A DNA stretch of 64,000 bases, from the NCBI GenBank assembly GCA_051362555.1, contig CM120641.1, positions 42,042,401 to 42,106,400 of the forward strand, written 5' to 3'. The notes below the pieces were generated by a model. That model worked only from the letters and a program-made list of their open reading frames with translations, ran no database searches and had not been told where the DNA came from. The first letter of the stretch is position 1. Each line of letters starts with the position of its first letter. Below are positions 39,369-53,270 of this stretch, one piece after another. The DNA comes from Lingula anatina (taxonomy: Eukaryota > Animalia > Brachiopoda). The translations under genes and the position numbers were made by a program.

Positions 39369-40073
39369 CAATAATGCCCTCTAAAAGAGCTGCGAATAGT
39401 AAAAATTCCAGTATAAAAAGATATCTCTAAGCACCTTGGGTTGGGTAGTGATATAAATGTGCAGGTATTGGGGAGGTAAATGCTTTCAGTTTAATATCGG
39501 TTATGTTGTTGTCAGGTAATAATGTGTAAGTTGACTACAGCTCTTTGGTTTATGTACTGGCTGTGATGTTATAGCAATATGGCACTAAATGCTTTCAATT
39601 TAGTATTGGTTATGTGGACATATAATCTGACCAACCACTGAGTCAACTCCAATAATCATTTCAGTGTATGGCAAATAATGTTTCGATATTTCTAAAGCAA
39701 TAGTATATCAGCTGTCTTAGTTGAAGTACAGTTCATTGCCAGCTCAAATACAGTCAACCACTTACACAACACAAGCCACCCCTTCAATATCCAGATTTGA
39801 CGGTATACAATAAATATCTGTCTGATTCCTTTCACAGGGACGATGTGATTGCTGACACAACTGAAGTAATGCCTTCAGGAAAACAGCCAAGAGATGGCCT
39901 CAGCTGATCACAATCCTGCTTGTGCTAGGTAAATGTGTGCATTACTTCTTCCAAAGAAATGACCATTCACTGTCTGCGCCTTGGCTGAAGTAGTCGTCCA
40001 ATGCTGACACACCTGTTTAAGTCACATGTTAGTTGATTATCTATAGCATAATCCCTTAAAATCAAGACAGTGG

Positions 40074-43000
40074 TCAACTGTTCACGCTGGTGTCCAAATT
40101 GAGCTTCTGTTTTAAAGTCTCATAAACTGTGAAAGATATAGAAACAGTGGGTATAACACGGACATAGTTAATGGTCAAGCCTCGAAACAAACCATTTCTC
40201 AGACCATCTTCCACCCAGATGGTTTTAAACGTCTGTCTTAAAGTCCTGTGAAATAAATGAAGAAGCAATCATGTCAAAAATAAAGTCAATAAACAATGCA
40301 GGTAAAAAACATCTGGTATAAAACTGCCTTAACACTGGTTCACTTCTACTAGCAATGCCCTACTACTGACTTTACCAAACAATTTGCTTATTTAACATGG
40401 GGGAAAAAAATTCTAAGGTGGGATGTGGAGCCCTTTGAAATCTGGTTTGATAAAGTCAATCAGCATACTAGTCATCTAAGAATAAGTTAAGGTATTGATA
40501 ATATCTTCTACTTGGGCTAATTCCAGCCAACTGTCATAACCAAGTACATTTTTCTCTTTTTTTTTTAAAGCACAATCAATTTTAAGTGCCAACTTCACAC
40601 CTGAATTTATGACCCTCAGGTAGCATGGTAGCCACTTGCATTCTTCTCCGCGTGACGTCCAGCGGGTAAGTCGCCGTCTGAGCCAAGGCACCAGCCAAAC
40701 CACCACACAGAGTTCTGGCCCAGATCTTTAACACAGGGTTTCCCTTCTGGTCTGGATAGCCAAATACATCTGGGAATTTCTGCAGGCAGAATTCTTTTAG
40801 GGTTTCGAAAGCAAAGAATGATAGTCCTGAAATGTGATATGGATTTCTGTGTTAGTTTCTGGGATATGTTTTATTTTTGAAAAATGTCCACATAATGGGA
40901 CAATCATACATCTATAGATGTAATCGGCAAAAAATATATCGGGGCTAAAACATGCTGCTCACAAGTGGTAAAAAATTCATGAAGGAAGTATCTGCTGTAA
41001 AGTCATTTCTTTGTAATTAAAACAAATATTTATCAATTGATGCTTTTTCAAAGTTTGAACTTCAGATAATAAATTATCCAGTTACTGAAATTTGGCAACC
41101 TAAAACTTTTAAGATGTCTTTGTTCACTTCTGAGCTTTCAGCAAGAAAAATTGTACAAAAAGAATTTTTTAAGAAATTCAATAAACTGCTTATGGCATAC
41201 AGATGCAAATTTTTAAAAATTTGTTTGAAAAATTACATCAATTTAATTTTTTTTTTAGTGTGTGGCAGACTAGTGAGGTATTCTAGAGTCATCCTATGTG
41301 GTTTTTAGACTCAATGAACAATTAAGGTGATAGCTGAAAATGCATCAATCTAGTTATAATTTTTTAACCTGCATAAGGAGCCATTCCCAGTAATGAAGGT
41401 GCTATTCCTGGGTAGAACCCTTTGATCCCATCACTGCGTTTGATGGACCATATAGTATCCCTGATCCCACTGTATACATGCTCTCCAGTGGTTTGAAAGG
41501 CAAGGCGAGTACGTATAACATCCAGTGGGTATGTACATGTAACTGCAGCTAGCCCTACAGAGATAAAAGTAACAGGTCTTGCTAGATATAAAATATAGTG
41601 TTAGGCACAAAACATTCATACAAAGCCTATCATCTGGGCATAATGCTAGTTAACATTTTTTTCATCACATATGGTCATCATTGTACAATGTGAATGAAAC
41701 AAACTGAGGATGTCTCAGAAATGACAGCTTTAAACTCTAAACAATGCCTTTCTAAGAAACCTGCAGTCATTTTTTAGTTCATGTGATAAATCGTTACTCT
41801 GCATAATACAATGGTTACTTTAAAGTATAAATATGGTGAAAAGTTTGACCCCTGTGTAGCATGTTAACTTAATAGAATACCTATGTCACATGTAAAGCAG
41901 ATATTGTTTAGGAATAAAGAGCCAACTCATTCAGAAACGTTCTGTAGGACTGCATCTATACTAGAATGGGAGTAAAGACGAAAATTTTTTGAAAGAGACT
42001 GTATACAGGACTTTGGTACCAAAAATAAACCATATACACATTTTTGGTGTCTTCAAAAAGTTTTAGCACTCAACAACCATGATCCTACTTAGTTTCAAAC
42101 TCAAAACCATTGTATTATTACATTTTTACACCAATTATTTTCTTCAGAAATGTTTAACCAAGTGGTATTTACTTATATTTCTTTCATTAAAGAAAATAAG
42201 AACCTTCTAAACAATGATATTCTTATATACTGTCCTTTTAATAATGGGCAAATAGGATAATTACTTTAATATTACTATATTAAAGCCAAAATTCAAATCA
42301 AATAAACATTTCTATACTATCAATCCTTCTTACCTGCTATTGATCCAGCTGTTAATTTAAGAAAGTGTGGATGGTCAATCTTACCAGGTAGATTCTGAAT
42401 AACAGAAATCACAGGGTGAAGGGTGAGGTAAAACATAAAAAGATTAAAAAAAAAAACCCACTTAAATCTATGTTATTAGGAATTACAATTATAGCAGCCA
42501 CTATTTAAGTCTATACAGTCTGAGAATTAAGTATCAACTGGAGACAAAATGGACAAATGTTTTATGATAACAACATATAACAGTCACTGCAACTTGGTAC
42601 GAACTCAGTATAACATCAATAATGTGCTTATATACACAAAATACTGGTCCAAGAAACAACTTAAAATAAAATCATCTGCCTCATTGTAACTCCTTACAAC
42701 ACTGCTTCCAACAAATAATAGCGATAAAACACGTTTTGTACCACAAATGTGCTGTCACAGACAGGGTATGGTTCAAACACTTAAGTATTCACTCACAAAT
42801 TGCAAAACATCTCACACATTTCAAATACTTTATCATATCCTAAATATAAGATGTCTAATGCCCTTTACCTGCCTTAATAAAAAAATTGTGTACATGCCTG
42901 TGTTCGTGCATGCGTGGGTGCAAGCATGTGTCTAAAAAAAACAGTTTGGAAGAACAATATTGTTTGAATTTTTTGTAAAAAATACTGTTACAGTATGAAA

Positions 43001-43858
43001 CAAACCTTTTTGCAGAACTCAAATGTGCCAAACTGTATGGCCGAGTATGGGAATATGCGTATCATCTGGGCAAAGTTGCTTTTGTATAGGCTGAAGAAAC
43101 CTTCTCTGTCTATAACATGCTTTAATGTGGACAATATACCTGAAAAAGATAAATTGCATTAACTAAAACAAGCAACTATAAATTGCATTAACTATTTTTA
43201 GAAGACAAAAAGGTAATGTCCTAAAATCTATTAATAACAAGTCAGAACATTACACATAAACTTTGTTTATGCAAATGTTGTTTATGCTTTCAGTTTGCTT
43301 TTTCAGAAGTTTTTATTTAAATATTAAGATGGCTGGTTAACTTTGAATATTTTCATCCTTATTATGGATTTGACACATTTCTACATCTATTCAAAGAAAC
43401 AGCAGTTATACAGAAGTGTCACAAGTACCTAAGTGTTTATAATGTCTGTTATGGGCCTGTAAAAGGATTTTAATTCTGTCCAGTGGAGCCACAAAGGTCT
43501 TAGCGCAGCACCCTGCAATCCCTGAAATTGAAAAAAAAAAAAAAAAAAATTATAAAAAATGTAAAAAATAGAGAAGTGATAAAAATCATTTAACTTGAAT
43601 GAAAAAAAATAGAACCTGCCCTGTGGCATGGACTCTGTAAACATGAAAATCTAAATGACTAATTCTGTTTCTAATCTCTACTCAGTCTGGTAAATTAATC
43701 ACCTTTTTACTACTTCATCTCAGTTCACGGAAGATATTAATCAAAAGATCATGTGATCGTGTAATCTTTCGATCTAACCGGTATATCTTACCTCCAGCAA
43801 ACAACATCTTGGCATAACGTGAATATTTATTCCCTTCATTTTGCTGCTCTATTATCAT
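40074..43858 (-). CDS. SLC25A16: Mitochondrial carrier SLC25A16 (Graves disease carrier / CoA transporter-like). Exons 43792-43858, 43429-43521, 43006-43139, 42334-42394, 41369-41554, 40601-40826, 40074-40245
   Basis: Three PxDxx(K/R) carrier repeats: [59 protein letters not shown]. The C-terminus reads [24 protein letters not shown] probable 5' UTR exon donor lies at about 44780. Confidence 0.92.
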
Positions 43859-45086
43859 ACTAGGTGCCTGAAATAGAAGAGTTAAGTCAGTGGATTTTTA
43901 GCTGAAATAAGAAGAGTACCTACTTAATGATTAACTGGGAAGGCCTATTCTCCGAGACTAAAATCAGAAAGGAAATATCATGACTTTACAATATGATTCT
44001 AAAACTGTCTCAAAAGCCTATACCAATAATACTTTTTGAATAAAACACTCAATGAAATCCTGTATTCCTTTGTTACCATTCTTTGGATCATTCAACCAGC
44101 AATCTTGGATCCATCAAACATATCTAATGGGTCCAAGCAGCAAGTTAAATGTGAATATGTAAAACTAACAGATCTTAGACTTTTCACGAGTAATTTTGAT
44201 GAAAATCTTCCGTACCAAATATGTCAGAAAATCTGTGGAAAAGAACTGTAATGATGAAACTATCTTATTCTAATAATATTGATAAGTACAAGCAATTAAA
44301 AGAAAAAAATGTCTATAGTGTACCTGTAGTCCAAGTTTTTGGATATAAAACCCTTTTTCACTGTTGCACATGTTGCCTTACTTCACAAAAGAAAGACACC
44401 TATAATGTATGGCAGTTTTGCCCTTTTCAATATTACTCACTTTATGACTAACGGAGTAATGTCCACAGTACATGTAGTAGTACGTGCTCCGTTAATGTGT
44501 TGGCGGTGAAGTAAGACATTTGAATTTAATACCAGTATAATAAGCGAAAGTGGGTGAGCCTTAATATCAGCACTCCCTGTGTGTTTCTTTCAGTTTGGGG
44601 GCTTAAAAATGACTTTGGGCATTGTTTATCACTTCAATTTTAATGTGTCGGTGCACGTAAGGAGGAGGCACTAGTTCTATTTGAGTCAAACTTTGCCGTT
44701 TTTGTAACATAAGATTATAAAAATAACCATGGATTGACGGAATTTACAGTCAAGCCATACATAAACAACAGTTTTCTTACCTTAATATCGTCAGCTTCTG
44801 TTGTATATAAATATGAAACATATCCCGGTTTTTTGGGACATTTTCTGTCAAGAAAACACTAAACAGCTGGAGAAAGTGAACATTGATACTTTATAATAAA
44901 GTTTCGGCAAAATATATCTTCGTCTTCTATTTAGTAGAATCACAGTATGCTCATATTATTACTTATTATGTGATATATAAAATATTTTGATCTCCAGTTT
45001 ACTTTATTATATTCACTCATAAAAAAGTTAAAGACATTTTTTTTTACGAAAATATACCCTTTCGTAAAACTGTCTCTGAATTCAAA

Positions 45087-45246
45087 ATGGATGAAGAGAG
45101 ACGGGAGCAAAGGAGGAGGCGAATTTTGAGGAATTCAGAGGACCGTTTGCGGAAAATTGTATCTGGACAGAGAAAAACAGGTAGGCTGAAACATTCATAG
45201 CTGATGCCAGTACCTGTAGTAATATTCATCAGGGTGTAGTGTGTGT

Positions 45247-45277
<31 letters not shown>

Positions 45278-47465
45278 GGGGGCTTTCGAGCTCAAAGCTA
45301 CACCCTACATTGCCAGGTATTCACATAATTCACCGAGCTGCAGATAATGCCAAAAATTGAGGCAAGGGTTAGGGGGGGGGGATGCAGACGTGCCTAAACT
45401 CATTTACAATGATCAGTATGTTCTAATGACAAAATAGCAACGTTTTGTGATCAACATTCAAGAAGAATGAAAACCAGTAAAGTTTGAGCTTGTTCAGCAA
45501 AGTTTAATTTCACATCTTATTTGATTCAAATGTTTTTGGAAACCGTAATTGGTTAGTAAAAAAAACCAGGGCGTGACATAACTATTATTTGAACAATATG
45601 CAGTCTTGCAAATACGGATAGCCCATTCCACACTGCAACAATTTAGTACACTAACATATTTTGACAGGACAGCCATGCATTCCCACTAACAGTACTGCTA
45701 TCAGACTCGGAGCACCTTTGCACTGCAGCACTCCAGTTTACAATAACCCTTTGTTTCAACTCCAGAAGAACAGACAGAATCTCACGAGATATACAGAGAC
45801 GACGGTTCACCATCAAGTCCCCCAGGTTCAGTTGATAATGATCCCCTCGACCAGACTGGATCCACAAACCATAATAACAGTGCCAACTCAGACAATATTA
45901 TCCCTGACTTAGACAATAGCAGAACTCAGGCAGAACCTCTGAGAGAGAAGGCTACTGAAACATCACAGTCTGGTATCAGGCAGAGGATAGGTACCAAGTC
46001 TTCAGAGCAAGCACATGCTGCCGACTCTACTGAATCAAGACTGCTCAATTCAAGTGCATATGGAGATGATGGCTTTGAGACCACATCTGATGCCCAAGTA
46101 CTGAAAAGCAATAAAGATGCAGCTCAATTTCTGGGGATTGCACGCTTTGTCGGGAGTCTACTCCTTGGTGTGGTGCTTAATTTGATACTCCACAGCATTG
46201 GTTTACTGATGCAGGTAAGATGTAGTAGTGGGGTTATAAAAAAACCACATCACACCTATCATGTTGAAATGATTTTCACATCTTACACAATGTCAATGTA
46301 AGAAAGATGGCAGGAAATAACAAAGTGTAGGGGAGGGGGTGAGGTTTGGTTTGAAAACATGATCTTAAAATTTAAATAAACAGAAATTTTGAAAATCAAT
46401 AGAAATTTAAAATAGAATAGTATTTGAAATATAAAATTTGTGTTGTTATTAGTAGACAAAGTCAATTATCATTTTATCTCAGTTGTTATGGATTTCGATC
46501 TTACTGAGATGTTTTGAATCGCTGTGTCTCACAGCCAACTGTGTTCATAATTTCAGTCAGTCATCCTCCCTTTCATACTGGTAGAAGCCACAGTGGAGTG
46601 GTATCAAGTTACTCACAAACTGGTAAGTGGACTCTTACAGATTGCTTTTGTTTTAAATATGAACCGTTCATAATACCTGATGAAGACAACTTAAAATTGA
46701 TTGACTTATGATGAAGTCAAAATGTGGTATTTGTGATTGACTGAAAACATATTTTTATATTTTTTTTTTAAAGCAGTTAATGTAGTAAACAGAACACTGT
46801 CAATTTAAAACTGACCCACAGTGCATTTGATTGTATTTATTAAGAAAAAGTTATCAAAAGACAAATGCAAATTTTATCAAAAATAACAACTGCCAAGTTT
46901 GTCATTTGAAATTGTGTAAGTCTAGATTAAGTAGGACTTGAAGTATAGCTTAATTGCTCTCAGATGTAAAGAATAGACTTAAAGTAAAACTTCATCATTT
47001 ATCAAAATGCATAATTTTGATCACCACTTCTTCAAGACAAAAATGATAATCAGATTAAGAATGAAACTTGAATTTCATCCTGGAAAAATCACACACAGAT
47101 GGTACAAGCTCAGACTTTCAGACAATATCCCATAGATTTTGTCAGGAAACTAAACTGTCATGTGATATTTCATTTGATTGAAACTGGATGTATCAAAATA
47201 AACACTTTGGTCACAGAACTTGTAACTTATGTAACTTACTTTTTTCATCGTTGTATGAAAAATGTTTTTAGTGCTTTCATGTTCTCTTTTCCAGCACAAG
47301 ACGGGTGCCCAAGGCAGTCTTCTGACTTCAGCACTGCTACTCAATGGTATAAATAAAGACATAATTGACAATTACAACACAACTATGGCAATAGTTACAA
47401 ACATTTTGGAGGACTTTGCTGCAATGATGTTCAGTTTTGTTTTGATACAGGCAGTGAGGAGTTGA
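45087..47465 (+). CDS. CAMLG: CAML / GET2 (guided entry of tail-anchored proteins factor), about 259 aa. Exons 45087-45180, 45766-46214, 46557-46622, 47295-47465
   Basis: N-terminal basic motif RREQRRRRILRNSEDRLRKI (the CAML/Get2 TRC40-binding motif), a disordered middle, and three C-terminal hydrophobic segments ending LLTSALLLNGI...LEDFAAMMFSFVL. Splice phases are consistent. The ORF track largely misses this gene. Confidence 0.85.
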
Positions 47466-48074
47466 AATCTGACATCTTTATAATTTATGCAAGTCATTTC
47501 TTTTTAACACCAGTCAAACTGGTCAGTCCAGATAAATTTGGGCTTAGTGTATGAATTTCATATTATATTATTAAGATTTATCTCACAAAAAGCAAAAAGT
47601 AGATTTAACTGTTTTAATTTTAACACGAGTTGTTTGCCACTAACTAGCTTTGAAGCTAGAATAACTTCAACTTCGACAGGAGTAATGTGCAATGCTACAA
47701 GTCCATAGCTGGATTCAAATTCAATTACAAATTTGTTATTAGGGTTGAAAGCTTTTGCCCTAAACCAGCAAGAATGTGTTGTGCTGCATGCAGCAGGCCA
47801 CTTACCCATGCATTACAGATCACCAAATTGCAATTATTGTCTTTTGTTGATAGCAAGTTGCATGGTGTTATGATTTAACATTAGAATGAATTTTGTTTAT
47901 TTGGTAAAGCTGCGCATTCACATGATAATTCCGTGAATTATGATGAGTCTGTGAGAGACCCAGATGTAGCATGTTACCTAGAGGTATGATATTAAAAAAT
48001 GCGGGAGTGCTGCAATTGATTCAATTTGCTGAGTGATTTAATTTGTGGAGCAATTTAATTGGAAGGCAGCAGCA

Positions 48075-50044
48075 CTGGTGATGAGGATTGGGTAAGTCTT
48101 GCACTGCAATTTGCTAGGCCCCAAAAGTTTTCGTAACCCATGTATATCTTTGGGTTTGCATGCATTCACTACGGCCCTCACGCGTTCTTCTGTAGGTCCC
48201 ATTCTTATCCATAGAACTCCAGTTCATCCCTGCCTAGGTTTGTGGATTGCAGTCTCTCAAGGACTGGACGTAGATGTTTCCTGTTCTGCTTCATGCACTA
48301 CTATGTTGTCAGATATGTTGGTTCCTCCCTCAATGCCAGCTAGGGTATTTGCTATCTTATGTTTGAAAACTTCACTTGCTGAAGATACTCCATATTTAGT
48401 CCAGCAAGAGCCACAGACGTAGTAATGGAGGGCGATTCTGGTGCTAATTTAAGCTGATCATATCCCATTTTCAGATCCAGCTCTGAAAATACAGCTGGGC
48501 CATTAAAACTCTGCAATACCTCATCAACAGTAGGTATATGATAGCCTCATTGCACAGGAAGCATATCTATGCATCATCTTATATCACCCCCTGGTTTAGG
48601 TACAATCACCACAGAATTCACCCAGAGTTGGTCCTTCTGCTGGTTCAGTGTTGTCCTGTGTAATGGTTGTACCACAGACTTCACTGGTGGGTCTGTGTGT
48701 ATTGTAATCTCAGTATCTTTAAAATTAACTGAGGCCTGAAAACACATCAATGAATTCTGTATATAGCGAGTCCTCATATTATATTGTTATAATCTATTGT
48801 TATATCTATTCCAATTTTCATCATTCCTAGATTCATTGCGGTGTTGTGCCCTATTAGTGGCACCCTGTGCCCTTTCACTACTACAAATTCTGCATGGCCA
48901 CTTCCTTTGCCTGCCTTGATGTCACATTCAAATGTTCCCTTCACTTCTAAAGGTTTCTCAGATGTGTATGAATATAACTGTTCATTTGGGGGTCCTGCAC
49001 AAGAGTCGCATTTTATTCTGTTGGATTTCTGCATTTCCCATGTGTTTTTATCAATGATATTAAAGTAGGAACCCAAGTCTGGTAAAACATTTAAATTCAT
49101 GCTGCCAGTCTCTATTTCCACCATGTCTTCAGTGTGAATTGCATTGGTTCCCACACAAAATGCATATGGCCTACTTGGCTACTTTGCAAGTTTTGCAAAT
49201 TCTTGCAAAGTGATCAAACTTCTTACACTTGTTGCAAGTTTTTCCTCTAGCAAGGCATTTTAAGTCATGGTAAAGTGTCCCTTACCTCCATATCCATAAC
49301 ACGTTTTCTCAGTTGGAGTTTTTTTTTTTTACTTTGTTGCTTATGTCTGAACTTGTGGCATTTGAACTGAGTTGGTTTGTCTAATGACTTCAGTTTCACC
49401 ATACTCACTGTTTCTGGTGTTCCACTTCCATTTCCTTTCATTTGTGACTCAGTATGCTCGCATCAAGTTGCCAGTTCTATTGCCCTTAATGTCAACTCCT
49501 CTCCTTCCTCCAAGACTTGGCGTTTAATGTAGCTAGGCGGGCATCTCCATATTATAGCACTCCGAATGTGCTTGTCTGGATTGTCACCATAGCCGCAGTC
49601 TCGGATCGCCATCCTTAATGTGTAGCAAAATGCTGCGTAGTTTAATTTTCTTTAGGTTCTTGGAACGTCTGTTGAGCACATGAAATGTTTACATTTGGTA
49701 CAAAATATTACTTTAAAATGTTAAGTGCCTATGTATAGTCATGTTTCTCACCGTGTTTGGGAGAGTCCTGAAAATATCTTGTACATCTGTGCCTGTCGAA
49801 TGTAACATAAGCTGCATTTTTAAATGTCTTTTTTCGTTATTTGTTCCGTCTGTTGGTTCTGAAACAATCAACCCTTTCCTGCTAGCAAAAAGCTCAAAAC
49901 TATCTAACCAGCTTGTCCAGTGTGGTCCTAATGTCTCTGGGTTTCTGTATGGCTGGAGTTTTGGAATTTTGCTTTTTTCCTCCATTTTCTCAGAGAAAGT
50001 CCGCTTTCAGTTTTGCACTATAGTTTGTCCTGGTCACCACTGTT
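48075..50044 (-). mobile_element. Decayed Ty3/Gypsy LTR retrotransposon (gag, Zn knuckle, protease, RT fragments)
   Basis: Gag-like W..WL..FELF (49713-49985), CLARGKTCNKC...HFA knuckle (about 49200-49300), protease-like LPDLGS (48774-49154), and RT pieces WVNSVVIVPKPGGDIR, FSELDLKMGYDQ, YGVSSASEVF, NISDNIVV, PTEERVRAV. A PBS-like CA-g-TGGTGACCAGGA lies at about 50028-50044. Many stops and frameshifts. Confidence 0.88.
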
Positions 50045-53000
50045 GATGCCTTCTAATTAAATCACATCGAAATAAGATGTCCTTTTTATTATTTGAAGAA
50101 AACATTGACCGAAATTTGCAAATTATTAATTTCAGTATATCTGCCATCTTAATATAGGCCAGTAAGATGATATTTGCAGAGAGAAAAAAAAAAACCTGAC
50201 GAATACTGAACCATTGGAGACATTTTCTAAAAGCTCCAGTGGCAGTTGAAGGAGTCTTCTTGCTTTGATGACTCAAGGGTGCTGGACGGGTCACTTTTAT
50301 TTCAATTGAAGGAACAGGTTACAGCAAACTGGAGTGATCAACAACTGCAATAATTTGAAGTTTTGGGTGGAAGCTTCAAAATTTCTTGCCTTATTTTTAT
50401 TATAGTTAAAAGTTATGACAGGATATTGTTTGTAGAAGACAAAATGAATGAACAATAAAAACACTTCCAAATTTCTCAAGTTTCATTTTATTTTAATACT
50501 ATTATGTAATGTGAAACTAGATATAAAACTTCTTGAAATGAAGCAATAGTAAATAATAGCATCAAGTGCCTATGTAAGCATTTCTGACAATTTACAGTAT
50601 TATTACGTTTTGCACACATGCATCTATGATATCTCAACAGACAGCACCAGACCTTGCTGAATTTTTGCAATTTTAATATTTCGATTGAATTGAACTTATC
50701 TAGGTGCCAGTTTCTCAAAACAACTAAATATGGTCTCAATTTTTTTAACTTGAGATTTAATGTTCTTTGACCCAAGATAAATGTGTAGAATCCACTCAAA
50801 TAAATCCCTTCCCTATGTTTTAACCAACAGCTACTTGTGGTGGACTGGTTCAGACATTTCTTTAAGAAGTCGGAGAAACCTGGATTTAAATGTCAAGCCA
50901 CTGTTATGCCAGGCTTGCATCCACAAGGAGAACACACTTTTGCTTTTTCAATGCTTTCAGTTCTTTCTTCAAAGAACTTCGGCAATATTTGATAGATGAC
51001 ATTAAATCCATTGATTATTGTAAGTGGTGAACTAAAAGATACTGCAGGTTTAACTTTGTGATATATTTGTGAAAGTGGGCCAACATTTGTTCTCCAAGTG
51101 GCTGTTAGCCCAGTGTAACAGGAGACTAAATACCAACTCATAGTCAAACTTGCTTTTGTGAAACCAGCCCCAGATGGTCCATCTTTATGAATTAACAGCA
51201 CATATAGTCAGCAGTGTGTAATGAAACCAATCTCTGAACCTATAGAGAGCCACTACCAGTAACAAAACGCTCAGCCAAGAATGTCCATCTTTCCAGAAGT
51301 GGCAACTGAACTGGCTGCGGTCTTTAAGTGGTAATGAATCTTGTGCAAGGACAGTATTTCCCAGAGAGAACTGTTTACATTCTTTTTGGTTTCTGTTATT
51401 CACTTTCAGTATGCCTATCTGATCATCGATCTTTCTACCTCTGAAACATTGTAATACATATTTTGATTATTCAATGAATGAAAACTGATTCATAGATCAT
51501 ATATACAGCACTTCTTGTAATTCTGAAAACTGGACAACAGGCCGAGGCTCCAGTCCAATTATAGAAGTGGCTCACTGGTTTTTGCACTAGCCTAAACAGC
51601 CAAACAAAGTAGGGGAAAATATAAAGGTTTTTGTCCATCTAGTGCTATATTTGTTACCTCATGTTCACATACTACTGAACTTTAGTTCATGGCAAATCAA
51701 CAGAAACCGTATTGCACATGAAAATAAGGGATAACTAATAACATATACAGTGCATTGCCAATCATCAATGATAATGATACCTTCAATCGTGTCTTCAATC
51801 AGCAATCCAGACATCATAAAACAGAGAGTAACAGCTTTATCACCTATACTCCAGATTAAAATAAAACGACACTATTCATTAGCTACTCTGTGGATACATA
51901 TATACATTACAATGTAAAATGTGCACGCTTGCTTTCTATGGAATCTGTTACAGCAAGTAACAAAGTGCACAAGCTATCATTTCTCTCTATTTCACACTAT
52001 ATAAGGTAACAATGTACACTAGACAAGCACCTGCCAACTGCATCTCAACTAGGCTTACTTACAGACAGAATAGTGTTCATATATTAAAAACCTAACAATT
52101 CATGTTAGGATGTAATAACTATCAACACCAAACTGCAATATGGTAAAATTTAACAGTAGTAAACGTTTTTATAACATTTTTTAAAATATTTAATAGTTTA
52201 TTTAGATACAAGTGCCTTCATAAATTTCAAGAAATTCAAAACAGACAAGCAAAACACCAATGCTACATATAAAAGACAGGTAAAAGCACATTTAAACCAT
52301 AGCCTAGTTGCCTTTATGCTAAGGTTGTGATTTTTTATGGTGAAAAAACTTAGGTGCAACTCCAGATCATTTACTGCTTATTTAAGTTTATTGCAACAAT
52401 TATGGAAAATAATTTTATTTCAAAATCAATGACAGAAGGAACATTTCTGTATCAAAATAATCCCAGCTTTACTAGTAATTTAAATGTTACCTTAATTTTT
52501 CAATGTGCTGTTTGACACAACAGCTACTCCCCACCTCCCCCCTTGTTAATACTGAAAGTGGGTACGTCGTTTTGAAGGCATGTACATGGTTAAGCTATCA
52601 ATAAATTTGCACTGTTAATTTGATAGCATAAAATTCCCCGAATGAGATATTTCTCCGGTTTCCTAAAAACAAAAATTGCACTTATTTTACAAATCGAAGA
52701 TGTAATATCTGACAATAGGTGATGGCATTAAATGTGATATAAAGTTAAAATAGACAATTTTAAGTTTCCACTCACTCGGTCAACTTGACTGCTGATGAAC
52801 TTGCAGTTATATTGCTAGAAGTACTCATTGCTGGAAAATAACATACATGACAGGTGTCTCACAACTTCTATTTAGACTAAAATAAAACAGAAAATGAAAG
52901 ACAAGTCTGTATACATACAAATCAAACCAAATCCATTCCTTAATACAAAATAAGAGTTACATAGCCACAGAGCTTAATCCATGTTTTGAAGACAAAGAAG

Positions 53001-53270
53001 CAAACAATATGCAAGTATAATTATTTTTATCCAGAACCATGTTTCTTCAATCCCTAATCTCTTCCTTGAAAATAATGGATCTAGAGAGGAATGCATTATC
53101 TTGCAAAAGAAATAAAATTGGCAGTGTATGGCAGAGACAACATTTTTACAATCTCTTAAAATGCTCCGAGATGTGTGACTTATCACTTTAGTTGTCTTTT
53201 CTTTGGGTGAGACTACTATGACCATGGCTGAGATAACTTGGTTATCTCTACAAACTGAGGACAAAAAGTT

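Noticed and set aside
45661-45912. ORF-track 83-aa ORF as CAMLG exon 2
   Set aside because: That frame terminates. The acceptor at 45765 gives the frame that runs to the TM segment and the GTAAGA donor.
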